Source: a virus. From it: a stretch of DNA of 64,000 bases. Numbering within the stretch: position 1 is the stretch's first letter; every line of letters starts with the position of its first letter. Position numbers and translations under genes: made by a program. This document shows positions 45,906-54,766 of the stretch, one piece after another. The notes below the pieces were generated by a model. The model was not told where the DNA came from and made no database searches. It saw only the letters and a list, made by a program, of their open reading frames with translations. The stretch lies in the IMG/VR virus record IMGVR_UViG_3300007735_000801; one strand, written 5' to 3'.

Positions 45906-48179
45906 TTACTTCTTTCTTAACTTCTTTTTGAATTCAGAATATGGACTGTTACAAGTCCCAACTGGATCAGTTGCTCCAGGAGTATCCTTAATAAATTTTT
46001 CTCGTAAAGCGTCTGTGCCTTCAAAACCAGCACCATGATCTTCGTGCATGGCACGATTCTTACTGGCAGACATTGGTTCTAAGTTGTTCATGCTATTATT
46101 CTGAGGATTACCGTCTTTATGGTTTACATCTTTACCGTCACCTTTATGAACTTTGCCCTTTTTAACCATTTTACGACGTGCAAGAACTCGTTTACTTCGA
46201 TTAGCACGTTGTTTAGCAGTACCCTGATAATTGTCGTATTCACGACGATAGTTTCTTTTCTTGGCTTCGGCTAAGACAAACTGCTCACTAATAATACTTA
46301 GAGCAGATGTTACGTCTAAAACACCAAGATTAACTTGTTCCACCAAATAATCATTAGTTAATAGGTATGATTCCATGAGAGAATCTGCACCACGCTCAAT
46401 GATATCTTCCACATCTCCCTCTTGATCAAAATTATATTTTACTGGAATAGAAATTTGTTTTTCGCTGGCAGTACCAGAATCAATGGTAATTGTATTACTG
46501 GTATCTGAATCACCAGTGTAGTAGTTTGCGTATACTAACGGTCTTCGAAATACTGCGTCAACCAATTCAATTTCAAATGCTTGCATAAATGCTTGCGGAT
46601 TAGATATTTGATCTTTCATCTTTTCAATATCAATCACAACATCCAGAGCAGATTCGTTTATCTGATTTATTTTCTGCATGAGAGATTGCAGGAATCCTCC
46701 ACTAGAATCTGGCTTTGCCTGAAACTTTAAACGCATTTCTGAATCATCAGACTCAGCAAAACCATTAATAAATTCTGGATTTAATGGAATTATTTTTGCA
46801 TCTGTACCATCTTTATTTGCAGACAACATTACTTGAGCAGATCCAGCTTGTCCTTCGAATTTACTGTTTCCTGTAATAGCTTCTTGAAGAAATGCAGTTT
46901 TTAAAGCAAAATTTTGATTAAGATAATCTTCAATTAAATCACCAGCTTTACTGATTAAAGATTGTTGTCTGTTAGAAATAAATTCTTGTTGGCTTCTTTG
47001 TTTGGACAGTAACAATGCACCTTGTTGTGTCATTGTAGATTGATTTGATTGAATATTATTTTTTGAAAAATCTTGTCTAAGATCTTGAACAAAATCTGTT
47101 AGCATTAAACCAAAAGATTGCGTTAATTCTGCAGGATCAATAGCAGAAAGAGCAGAAATTAAAATCATTCCTGCTTCTCCCTTTAATCCAGGACGAATCT
47201 GTTCGCCAATTTTAACAGAAACTCCCATAGAACTATTTTCAGAAATACCAATCAATTCTACATTTGGCATTGATTCTGGTATTCCCATACTAGCCCATAA
47301 TTGTCCAGTAGGATATTGTGGTTCTGCTGGACTGAATGTCATGCTGGCAGCTTCAGGAAAAGTTTTTGAAATTTCCTTAACAATGCGATTAATAGAATCG
47401 CCAAGTGTTCTGCTATTATCCATAGCCTGTTGAAATTCTAGAGAAGGTTGTTGACCAGATAAACTATTCAAAGCATCGGGTAGCACTGAACTAATCTGAG
47501 CCACGTTGTGATCCCAATCAGGATAAGTGGAAAACTCATCAGTAATTTCTTTACCATTCTTTGGTGCTCTTATTTGTGGTGGCGGTGGGGCTTGATTTTT
47601 GCCAGAAGATTCTTCTTTTTCGTTGCCAGCTTTTTCAATTTTACCTATTAATTTAATTGAAGTTTTAGTGTTGATAAAATTATCTTGACCAGAGTAATAA
47701 GTTAAATCACGACGACTAACATTACCCTTATCATTTTTAGGAAGTTTACCCTTAACTAGAGTGTGAATATTTTTATCAAAATCACTACGTAAAATAATTT
47801 CTACTTTATTACTGTTATTATTCTTAACAATAATAATTTGACTCATGATATCTGTCTGACCATCCTGACGACGACTTTCTCTTTTACGATCTCGTTCACG
47901 ATTGGCGGGATTAACTTCTGGTCGCATCTTTTGCTTGTCACGCTTTAGGGGAGTTCTTTTGGATTCTGCTTCAAATAGTGATTGTATGAAATTTTCTTGT
48001 AGTTCGTTAGTTTTGTGTTTAAACATGGATGGACTCGATTCTTCTGTATTTTTTACATGAAATGGTTGTTGACGAAGCCATTCAAGCTCGTATTCTTTCG
48101 TAAAAAGAATGGCAGATTCTGTTAAAAAATCTGTATATTCTGCACGTTTAAACCAAGATGGGGTGTTATTAATAGGCAC
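45906..48179 (-). CDS. Large modular late protein with C-terminal HNH-like domain
   Basis: RNYRREY…R..R..ARR.M…GDGKDVNHKDGNP.NN…NL…S.NRA; GTG start 5 nt after TAAATA. Confidence 0.7.
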   Translation of the reverse strand: MPINNTPSWFKRAEYTDFLTESAILFTKEYELEWLRQQPFHVKNTEESSPSMFKHKTNELQENFIQSLFEAESKRTPLKRDKQKMRPEVNPANRERDRKRESRRQDGQTDIMSQIIIVKNNNSNKVEIILRSDFDKNIHTLVKGKLPKNDKGNVSRRDLTYYSGQDNFINTKTSIKLIGKIEKAGNEKEESSGKNQAPPPPQIRAPKNGKEITDEFSTYPDWDHNVAQISSVLPDALNSLSGQQPSLEFQQAMDNSRTLGDSINRIVKEISKTFPEAASMTFSPAEPQYPTGQLWASMGIPESMPNVELIGISENSSMGVSVKIGEQIRPGLKGEAGMILISALSAIDPAELTQSFGLMLTDFVQDLRQDFSKNNIQSNQSTMTQQGALLLSKQRSQQEFISNRQQSLISKAGDLIEDYLNQNFALKTAFLQEAITGNSKFEGQAGSAQVMLSANKDGTDAKIIPLNPEFINGFAESDDSEMRLKFQAKPDSSGGFLQSLMQKINQINESALDVVIDIEKMKDQISNPQAFMQAFEIELVDAVFRRPLVYANYYTGDSDTSNTITIDSGTASEKQISIPVKYNFDQEGDVEDIIERGADSLMESYLLTNDYLVEQVNLGVLDVTSALSIISEQFVLAEAKKRNYRREYDNYQGTAKQRANRSKRVLARRKMVKKGKVHKGDGKDVNHKDGNPQNNSMNNLEPMSASKNRAMHEDHGAGFEGTDALREKFIKDTPGATDPVGTCNSPYSEFKKKLRKK

Positions 48180-48187
48180 TAAGTTAT

Positions 48188-48571
48188 TTAGGGATTTTCT
48201 GGTTTATCATTTAATGACTCAATGGTAAACCCCTTAAATTGCTTTCGTTTGCCCGAAGAAACTTCCCACATAGCAGAACTATTTAAATTGTGTGTTTTAC
48301 AGAAATTTTCAAAATTATCGGTAATGTATCGAATACCTTCTTTGTCAACAAAGACGTATATCTTTCTAGGCTTCTTCTTTTCCCCATCTTGACGATGAAA
48401 GAATTGAATATCAGTTTTGACCATGGAGTTCCAGAACCAATGTCTGCCTTGACGTTCCCAGCGTCCACCGTGCTCGGCAAGAAGCTTGGCTCGGTTTTGA
48501 GCACCTTTGGAGTTCCCATTAAACATGGACCACTCTTTGGTATTAAGCTTGTTTATTCTGTCCAAATTCAT
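48188..48571 (-). CDS. Hypothetical protein, possible DNA-binding (NUMOD1-like) C-terminus
   Basis: FC..HNL…M..V..GKRKQ.KG. motif. Confidence 0.55.
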   Translation of the reverse strand: MNLDRINKLNTKEWSMFNGNSKGAQNRAKLLAEHGGRWERQGRHWFWNSMVKTDIQFFHRQDGEKKKPRKIYVFVDKEGIRYITDNFENFCKTHNLNSSAMWEVSSGKRKQFKGFTIESLNDKPENP

Positions 48572-49196
48572 AGTGTTCCTTCCATTCCGCAATAGCAGTC
48601 TTTAACGTGTCTTTATACTGGTTGATATCCTTTTTGAATACCTGAACTTCGCCTTCATCACAAGAGATAAGAATGACAAGCTGATCAATCTTTTGACCAG
48701 TCATTTCTTGCCACATCATTGCGTATGCTGTTCCCTGAAGAAAATAATTCTCAATATCTTTTTCCTGTTTTGGTCTGGTGCTGCCCTTGAAGTCTATAAT
48801 GCTTAACACTCCATCATACTCTGCCACACAGTCTGTGCGACCAGCCAGACCTAGTGTCTTGCTCCAAAGAAACGACTCTACGCCACGAATATTATCAATC
48901 TTATCCACTTCTGATTGAATCTGGTAGAACAGGTCGAGTGTGTACGGATCAACAGACTTGGTACAGTCAGGAGTATTCAGCACATAAGACTCTAACAGAG
49001 AATGCAGACGCACACCACGATTAACGGTTCGTCGAGCTTCCTTGGGATTATTCTTTCTCCATTGTGCAAAGAACTGAGTCTTTTTCCAGCCAACCACACT
49101 GGTCACACTGGGAAATGTGCCGTCTGGTGTGTGATAAAAACCGTCTATTCTTTCGCCTGTTGGTAGAGTCACTAAATCATGATTAAAATGTTTCAT
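48543..49196 (-). CDS. PD-(D/E)XK exonuclease (T4-like cyanophage exonuclease family)
   Basis: Y.TPDG..PSVT, RG..LH, LAGRTDC.AEYDG.LSIIDFK.S, YF.Q..AYA. Confidence 0.88.
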   Translation of the reverse strand: MKHFNHDLVTLPTGERIDGFYHTPDGTFPSVTSVVGWKKTQFFAQWRKNNPKEARRTVNRGVRLHSLLESYVLNTPDCTKSVDPYTLDLFYQIQSEVDKIDNIRGVESFLWSKTLGLAGRTDCVAEYDGVLSIIDFKGSTRPKQEKDIENYFLQGTAYAMMWQEMTGQKIDQLVILISCDEGEVQVFKKDINQYKDTLKTAIAEWKEHYEFGQNKQA

Positions 49197-49212
49197 AGTA
49201 TAAAATTAACCT

Positions 49213-49524
49213 TTAAGAAAATACATTAAAATTAGTAATTGAACCTAGATTATCACCAGCTTGTTGTAAATTTTGAATGCTTAATGGAATAAATATGATT
49301 TTTTTCCATTCACCAACGGTTGATGTTGTACGAGATGTTTGTATACTACTAGTTACTCCGTTCAGATTAGTTACAATAATTGGTGCTTGAGTAGCAACAA
49401 TATCTATTGGTTTTGATGTAAATAAAACACCACGCACAGGAACGTTACTCGTATTAGGAGTAGTACCAGTAATCTGACTTAATGTTTTAGAGTTACTATA
49501 CGAAGAAGGAGTAGAAGGTTTCAT
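49213..49524 (-). CDS. Small virion protein, paralog of 49521-49841
   Basis: MKP..P.SYS…RG…TNL.G.T..(I/V)Q…P..I shared pattern. Confidence 0.55.
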   Translation of the reverse strand: MKPSTPSSYSNSKTLSQITGTTPNTSNVPVRGVLFTSKPIDIVATQAPIIVTNLNGVTSSIQTSRTTSTVGEWKKIIFIPLSIQNLQQAGDNLGSITNFNVFS

Positions 49525-49841
49525 AGAAGACCGTTAATATAGAGATTATTTGCACTTAACGCACTAGGTGTTCCGTATCCTCTAATAATAATTGGCAATA
49601 CAATTTCTGTATTAACAGGAAACTGAACTTGAGCAGTGGTGCCGTCTAGATTGGTAAAAACAACGTTAGTAGTTACTGAACCATTGGCAACATACAATCC
49701 TCTGTGTGGAGGCATGAATGATGCCAGGGTGTTTCCGTCACGTGTTGTGTATGTGGCACCAGGAGTAAATCCTGCAGCATGAGTAGTACCTTTAAAAATT
49801 TCAAAAATTTTCGAGTAACTTGGTGGTGAGTTTGGTTTCAT
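49521..49841 (-). CDS. Small virion protein, head spike-base-like
   Basis: RGLYV…V…DG…F…LPI pattern reminiscent of RcGTA rcc01079-type spike bases; late promoter at 49857-49862. Confidence 0.5.
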   Translation of the reverse strand: MKPNSPPSYSKIFEIFKGTTHAAGFTPGATYTTRDGNTLASFMPPHRGLYVANGSVTTNVVFTNLDGTTAQVQFPVNTEIVLPIIIRGYGTPSALSANNLYINGLL

Positions 49842-49859
49842 TGTGGTCCTTTAGTGTAT

Positions 49860-52800
49860 TTAGGCAGATTTGTTACTACTCATTAAACGTTTAAAATAAT
49901 TCGTGATGTCTGCGCCCTTGCTGTCATGTACTCGGAAATTCTTCTTGCCGTAGACTACTCGACGAATGCCTCGAATAGATGTGGCAAATACTTCCAGCTT
50001 TTTGCCGTTTTCTACCACAGTAACTTTATACCTTTGCTTCTTGGCACGAGCCTGTAGTGCAGATTTAGTGTTTAAAGTTCCTGAGCGAGATTCTTGAAGA
50101 CCGACAGTCTGTGCCATATATTTGTAGGATTGAGTACCTTGATCCCAATAAGGCATTGATACTCCTTTTCTTGCACCTAATTCTGTGTTATGAAGACGTG
50201 GAGCTGCATCTTCTGTACCATATTCTTCTGACGCATCCGAATCTCTTCTTACTTGCTTTTTTCGATGATCAGCTGTTGCACCATCTTCGTTAATTTGTAT
50301 AGTTTGTGCCGTATTAATATATTTTCCACTATTTTGATTGAATTGAGGCAAGTATGTGCCCTTTCTTGCGTGTAATCTTTCAGTTCCTGCATCAAAATCA
50401 GAAAGAGAAGGATCTGATAAGACTGAAGTTAAAGCTATAGTATTGTTTCCTGAATCATCGTCTTCAGTTTTATCTGTTGTTGTAATTCCTATTCTTGTTG
50501 GAGGTGGTCGATAAGGATCAGTCTTTGTTTGTGTTTTTGTGCGCCAAAACCGCAACAACCATTTCTGAGCCTTTGTTTTTGTATCAGTATTTGCACCAGT
50601 ATTTGTCCCTGTATCAGTAATTGTACCAGTTTCTGTCCCTGTATTAGTAATTGGATCAGTCTTTACTGCTGGCGTAGTAGGAGTATCAGTCTTTGTTGCT
50701 GGTAGACTAGGAACAGCCTTTGTTGGCGTAGTAGGAATATCAGTCTTTGTTGCTGGTAGACTAGGAACAGCCTTTGTTGGCGTAGTAGGAACATTAACCT
50801 TTGGTATTGGAAAAGTACTAGTACTAGTCTGTATTCCTGTTGGGACAGAAGTATTAGTGGTTGTTATTGTTGGCGGAGCAGCAGTTGGTAGACTAATCGG
50901 ATCTATTGGATCAAATAACATATCTGGACGACTAGGTTTTGCTAAAGTAATAGGATGATTGGTGTATGTTGGTATTTCGAATGGAACTCTTACTGCTTCT
51001 TTTTCAAGCATTTTAGGTACTTCTTTGACTGCTTCACTACTAATTCTTTTTTCAATTGCTTTCCAAATTCCTTTAACTAATGGTTCTACTATTTCCTTTT
51101 CTAATGCCTTTGCTCCTGCTTTTACTAATCCAACTTGTTCATTAACAGGCTGCAATCTACGTTGTTGAGTTATTTCTCTATTAATTTTACGTATATCTGG
51201 ACCATTACCAAGAGGATTTTCTGGTCCAGTAGGTGGAGCTGTTACAGTTTCATTATCAGAATCTAACATTCTTCTTTTTTGTTTTTCGTCTTCAGATTCT
51301 GGTGGTACAGACAAACCAGAAGGAACTATTCCTTGTGCAACATTTTTAACTTGTTTAGGAAGATTAATACTATCTTGTGCAGTTTGATGAAGTTTTTCTC
51401 TATCTTCTGGTGACATATCTCTGTAAGCACTGACTGCATCTATTGCTGCACTGGCAGGAATTCCTACTACAGGAATAGGAGCAACAACGTTAGATGCTAT
51501 ATCTAATCCTCCTCCAACAGGATCGCCTCCGAATGCTTTTCTAGCACCTAAAGCTATACCAGCACCCGCAGCAATCCAACCTAGACCAGGAACATATCTA
51601 TCAAGTTTACCAGCAAGTTTCGCTGTCTTTGGAGCTAATTTAGTTCCTACAGTTTTGGCTGCTGCTGCAACTTTCGGAACAACTTTTTTATCAATGGCAT
51701 TACCAGCCATACTTCCAGCCGCATATGTTCCTATTGGAGTAAGAGTATTTACTACCGCTCCTAAATTTGGATTGTTCTTTTTCCATTCGGCATCATTACT
51801 AAGAGAATTTAACCAACCTCCAAGATAACCACCACCAACAAAACCAGCTGCTCCAAACAATCCTAAATTATGGTCTTTTGCTTTATAACCACCAAATACT
51901 CTAGCAGGAAGCCACCCTTTCTCCGCCGCTTTTTCAATACCCCAATTCAATCCATTTCCAATTCCCATTGCTCCAGCAACTTCTCCTGCAACAAAACCAG
52001 CAGTGGAACCGTCAGTAACATATCTTCCAATGGCACCACCAATGTCTTGCCCAACTATAGAAGGAATCATAGGACCTGCTACTTTTCCTACTTTTCCTAA
52101 AACGTATCCTGTACCACGTCCAACAGTTTTTGTAGCATTTGCTGCTGTTTGAAGACCACTATATATTTTACGTTCAACTCCATTTGCAGTACTATACACT
52201 CTATCAGCAACCGATGTTTTGGCTGATGGTGGTGGTACAGAAGAACTAGCAGGTCTTGCTGCGTATCTTGCTCTAGCTCGTTCTGCATTAGATGCTTCTT
52301 GTTGTCTAATTCGTTCTGCTGGATCACTTGATCGTGTTCTCCAGTCTGTTGCTGTTGCAACTTCCTCTGGTGTTACTCTAACTCGTTCTTGAGCAGGTGC
52401 TGCTGCACTTGGAGGAGCACCAACTTGATCTTTGCGACCTTTAGCTTCTTTTGCTTTTGCTGTTTCTTGAGCACTTCGATCTTTTGCTGTCTTTTCTGCT
52501 TCTGCCTTTGCCGCTGCCGCTGCTGCTGCTTGTGCTGTATTAGGTTTAGTTGGACCAGATGCATTTTCTGCTGCTGTTCGCTCTGCATTTGTTCGTTTAC
52601 CTGCTGCGGCATTAGCATTATCTATTTTTGCTGCCTGTGCTCTAGCATATCGTTCTCGTATTTTGGTTTCCATTCCTGGAGCACTTTTTATTAAATTTTC
52701 AATATCTTGCGGTTTAGCATTAGTAAAATATTCTTCACCAACAGCCTGTTCATTAATAATGGTTTTAGACAACCAAGTAATATCATTACTGGTAATTAAA

Positions 52801-52979
52801 CGATCTTCTACCAATATGTTTGAAGTGTTGAGCGGTGCAACACTATATTCATTAATTAAATTAATAAATTCTTTCACAGTAGGATAACAGCCATACGACT
52901 GTTTCCAGTCGTTGGCTGCTTCGTTCAAAATTGATTTAATTTTCCAGGTTTGTTTTATTTGGTTATACTTATCGCTCAT
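49860..52979 (-). CDS. Very large modular late protein (1039 aa), probable internal/ejected protein
   Basis: TATAAATA 6 nt upstream; repeated (I/L/V)NE sites; Ala/Lys helix, Gly-rich hydrophobic segments, Pro/Thr repeats. Confidence 0.62.
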   Translation of the reverse strand: MSDKYNQIKQTWKIKSILNEAANDWKQSYGCYPTVKEFINLINEYSVAPLNTSNILVEDRLITSNDITWLSKTIINEQAVGEEYFTNAKPQDIENLIKSAPGMETKIRERYARAQAAKIDNANAAAGKRTNAERTAAENASGPTKPNTAQAAAAAAAKAEAEKTAKDRSAQETAKAKEAKGRKDQVGAPPSAAAPAQERVRVTPEEVATATDWRTRSSDPAERIRQQEASNAERARARYAARPASSSVPPPSAKTSVADRVYSTANGVERKIYSGLQTAANATKTVGRGTGYVLGKVGKVAGPMIPSIVGQDIGGAIGRYVTDGSTAGFVAGEVAGAMGIGNGLNWGIEKAAEKGWLPARVFGGYKAKDHNLGLFGAAGFVGGGYLGGWLNSLSNDAEWKKNNPNLGAVVNTLTPIGTYAAGSMAGNAIDKKVVPKVAAAAKTVGTKLAPKTAKLAGKLDRYVPGLGWIAAGAGIALGARKAFGGDPVGGGLDIASNVVAPIPVVGIPASAAIDAVSAYRDMSPEDREKLHQTAQDSINLPKQVKNVAQGIVPSGLSVPPESEDEKQKRRMLDSDNETVTAPPTGPENPLGNGPDIRKINREITQQRRLQPVNEQVGLVKAGAKALEKEIVEPLVKGIWKAIEKRISSEAVKEVPKMLEKEAVRVPFEIPTYTNHPITLAKPSRPDMLFDPIDPISLPTAAPPTITTTNTSVPTGIQTSTSTFPIPKVNVPTTPTKAVPSLPATKTDIPTTPTKAVPSLPATKTDTPTTPAVKTDPITNTGTETGTITDTGTNTGANTDTKTKAQKWLLRFWRTKTQTKTDPYRPPPTRIGITTTDKTEDDDSGNNTIALTSVLSDPSLSDFDAGTERLHARKGTYLPQFNQNSGKYINTAQTIQINEDGATADHRKKQVRRDSDASEEYGTEDAAPRLHNTELGARKGVSMPYWDQGTQSYKYMAQTVGLQESRSGTLNTKSALQARAKKQRYKVTVVENGKKLEVFATSIRGIRRVVYGKKNFRVHDSKGADITNYFKRLMSSNKSA
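50671..50792. repeat. 54-bp tandem repeat (~2.3 copies) encoding PTTPTKAVPSLPATKTD(I/T)
   Basis: Near-identical units 50671-50724 and 50725-50778. Confidence 0.9.
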
Positions 52980-52985
52980 AATAAG

Positions 52986-52993
52986 TATTTATA
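52986..52993 (-). promoter_or_regulatory. Late promoter TATAAATA, 6 nt before ATG
   Basis: Exact consensus; marks the early/late boundary. Confidence 0.75.
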
Positions 52994-52998
52994 AGAGA

Positions 52999-53568
52999 TT
53001 ACTTTGCAGGTAATACGAACCTTACACCCCAATACCACATCGGATTTCCGTTGCCAAACAGCATCCAATCCTCTACCTTTAGCGGGTCGTAACTGCGCCA
53101 AATGCCTGTTCGCATATCCACAGTAAATACCCTGCCTGTGCCACCAAGTTTATGCCAGACAGCCAGACTTTGAGGTGTCTGTTGTGCATCACTCAGTACT
53201 GTAACCCCCTGCTGTGACATCCAGTTATACAGGTTAGGTGCAATGTCGTGACCAATCCAGTCACCATGCACTCGAATCATGTCTACAGTATAGACACGAC
53301 GACTCCAAGGCAATACGATAGGTGCGCTCAGGAACTTGGCGTATGCCACAGTTTTGCCGTTCACCGAGCACTTCACAATCATGCCGTGACCTTGCTCTGT
53401 GGCAATCTTCTTCGTGCTGACCTCTACTGGAAAATTAGTAGCATCAGGCAGACGACTGTTTGTCCAAAACGCTTTCGAGCATTTCCTGTCCCATGTATGC
53501 CCCTTTACGGCATTTTCAAGTTTGTTGTTGTGGTCCGAGTTAATAACGATATGCGGTGTTAAAATCAT
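52999..53568 (-). CDS. GNAT-fold acetyltransferase-like early protein
   Basis: I.V..DW.G.DIA..LY…G.T..SD..QT….AVW.KL. Confidence 0.55.
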   Translation of the reverse strand: MILTPHIVINSDHNNKLENAVKGHTWDRKCSKAFWTNSRLPDATNFPVEVSTKKIATEQGHGMIVKCSVNGKTVAYAKFLSAPIVLPWSRRVYTVDMIRVHGDWIGHDIAPNLYNWMSQQGVTVLSDAQQTPQSLAVWHKLGGTGRVFTVDMRTGIWRSYDPLKVEDWMLFGNGNPMWYWGVRFVLPAK

Positions 53569-53574
53569 ACTGTA

Positions 53575-53602
53575 ATTATACCTTGTAAAATGGAGAAGTC
53601 AA
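53575..53602 (-). promoter_or_regulatory. Early sigma70 promoter (leaderless)
   Basis: TTGACT-16 bp-TATAAT, 6 nt to ATG. Confidence 0.85.
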
Positions 53603-53607
53603 GTAAA

Positions 53608-54237
53608 TTAAGAAAATTTATATTGTAGTGTTGATTGTATTTCAGAAATTATGTTTGTGGATTTATTAATGTAATTTTGTATTGCGTCTATTACTTTAAC
53701 ATCTTTATTCTGAGTTTTTAAATTATCAGCAATCCTAATTCTATGTTCCAAATGCAACATATGTGCTTCTTCTGGAGTAGTCACTAAATGACTATAACCT
53801 AATTTGCCGTAAGATGCTTTATACATTCCTCTTATTTGTACCACACCATTAGGAAGATTTGGATTTTTGTTTGGTATGTTAACAAAAAAATAATTAGTAG
53901 CAGGAGAAACAAAACAACAAGTTTCTGCAGAATAACACTTGTTTCCTGGAACTAAAATATCTTTGTCTAGTTGGTATCCGTCTACGTATTTGTCTACTGC
54001 CCAATCATAGAAGGTCATATAATCATTCAACCAAGATTTAGACACATAACATTCTGCATAGGACGGAAATATGTTTAATCTATATGGAGCATAACATCGT
54101 TCAATCAGACTTGCGTATCGACGATGTATGGGACATCTCCACTGCACCTTCCATTTTCCGTTTATATGAGTTGTGTACCTAGTAGTATAATTTGCATTCA
54201 TATTGGCAATACTAAGTATTCTTGAACTTGATTTCAT
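53608..54237 (-). CDS. HNH-like (homing) endonuclease with AP2-like C-terminus
   Basis: RCY…PSY..C.V…W…F..W, QLDKDIL..GNK.YS.ETCCFV…N, LP.GV, TPEEAH; AT-richer than neighbours. Confidence 0.75.
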   Translation of the reverse strand: MKSSSRILSIANMNANYTTRYTTHINGKWKVQWRCPIHRRYASLIERCYAPYRLNIFPSYAECYVSKSWLNDYMTFYDWAVDKYVDGYQLDKDILVPGNKCYSAETCCFVSPATNYFFVNIPNKNPNLPNGVVQIRGMYKASYGKLGYSHLVTTPEEAHMLHLEHRIRIADNLKTQNKDVKVIDAIQNYINKSTNIISEIQSTLQYKFS

Positions 54238-54254
54238 GTATATCTCCTATTCAT

Positions 54255-54381
54255 TTACGATCATCGTATTGGTTTACGATAATCGTAATATAATCATACC
54301 CTTACGACCATTGTAGCCTGTTACGATCATCGTAACCTGTTAGGGCATTACAACCATCGTAACCTGTTACGATCATCGTAA
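54255..54381. repeat. Array of six 15-bp 7-1-7 palindromes (consensus TTACGATnATCGTAA) in three pairs
   Basis: Copies start at 54255, 54274, 54302, 54321, 54348, 54367. Confidence 0.92.
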
Positions 54382-54385
54382 CTTG

Positions 54386-54685
54386 CTAGTGCCATTTACG
54401 ACCCTTCATACCATTATACCTATCGAACTTATGCTTCAGCCGCTCAGGTACGGTAGCCTTCATACGAGTCATAAGTTCACTCCAGCGACCACCTGTCATC
54501 TTGTCAGGCGTTATGTTATGATCCACCCCTACCTGTGGCGTACAATCAGCCCAAGACTTGTGGACGCATTTCCTAGCCTTACATTTTGGGCAGGGCTTCT
54601 TGGTGGGCAGTTCACAGTCTGCCATACTCTCAAACTGTTCCCAAATATGTTGGCATTTGCGACATTCATAATTATAATTCGGCAT
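54386..54685 (-). CDS. FmdB-family zinc-ribbon protein
   Basis: MP.Y.YEC.KC.H.WE…CPKC. Confidence 0.85.
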   Translation of the reverse strand: MPNYNYECRKCQHIWEQFESMADCELPTKKPCPKCKARKCVHKSWADCTPQVGVDHNITPDKMTGGRWSELMTRMKATVPERLKHKFDRYNGMKGRKWH

Positions 54686-54738
54686 GATGTATATATCTGT
54701 CCTTTGGGTAAATCTTTACAGAACTAAGACCCATAACA

Positions 54739-54766
54739 AATATACATCCGATAACCTAGAAGTCAA
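54739..54766 (-). promoter_or_regulatory. Sigma70 promoter for the FmdB-array-HNH unit
   Basis: TTGACT-16 bp-TATATT; AAAGGA RBS before the FmdB start. Confidence 0.7.

Noticed and set aside
48543-49196. Cas4 assignment for the exonuclease
   Set aside because: No Fe-S cysteine cluster; matches the ordinary T4-like PD-(D/E)XK exonuclease
54255-54381. Palindrome array as a mini-CRISPR
   Set aside because: Repeats are 15 bp with 4-13 bp spacers, far too short, the linkers recur, and no cas genes are present
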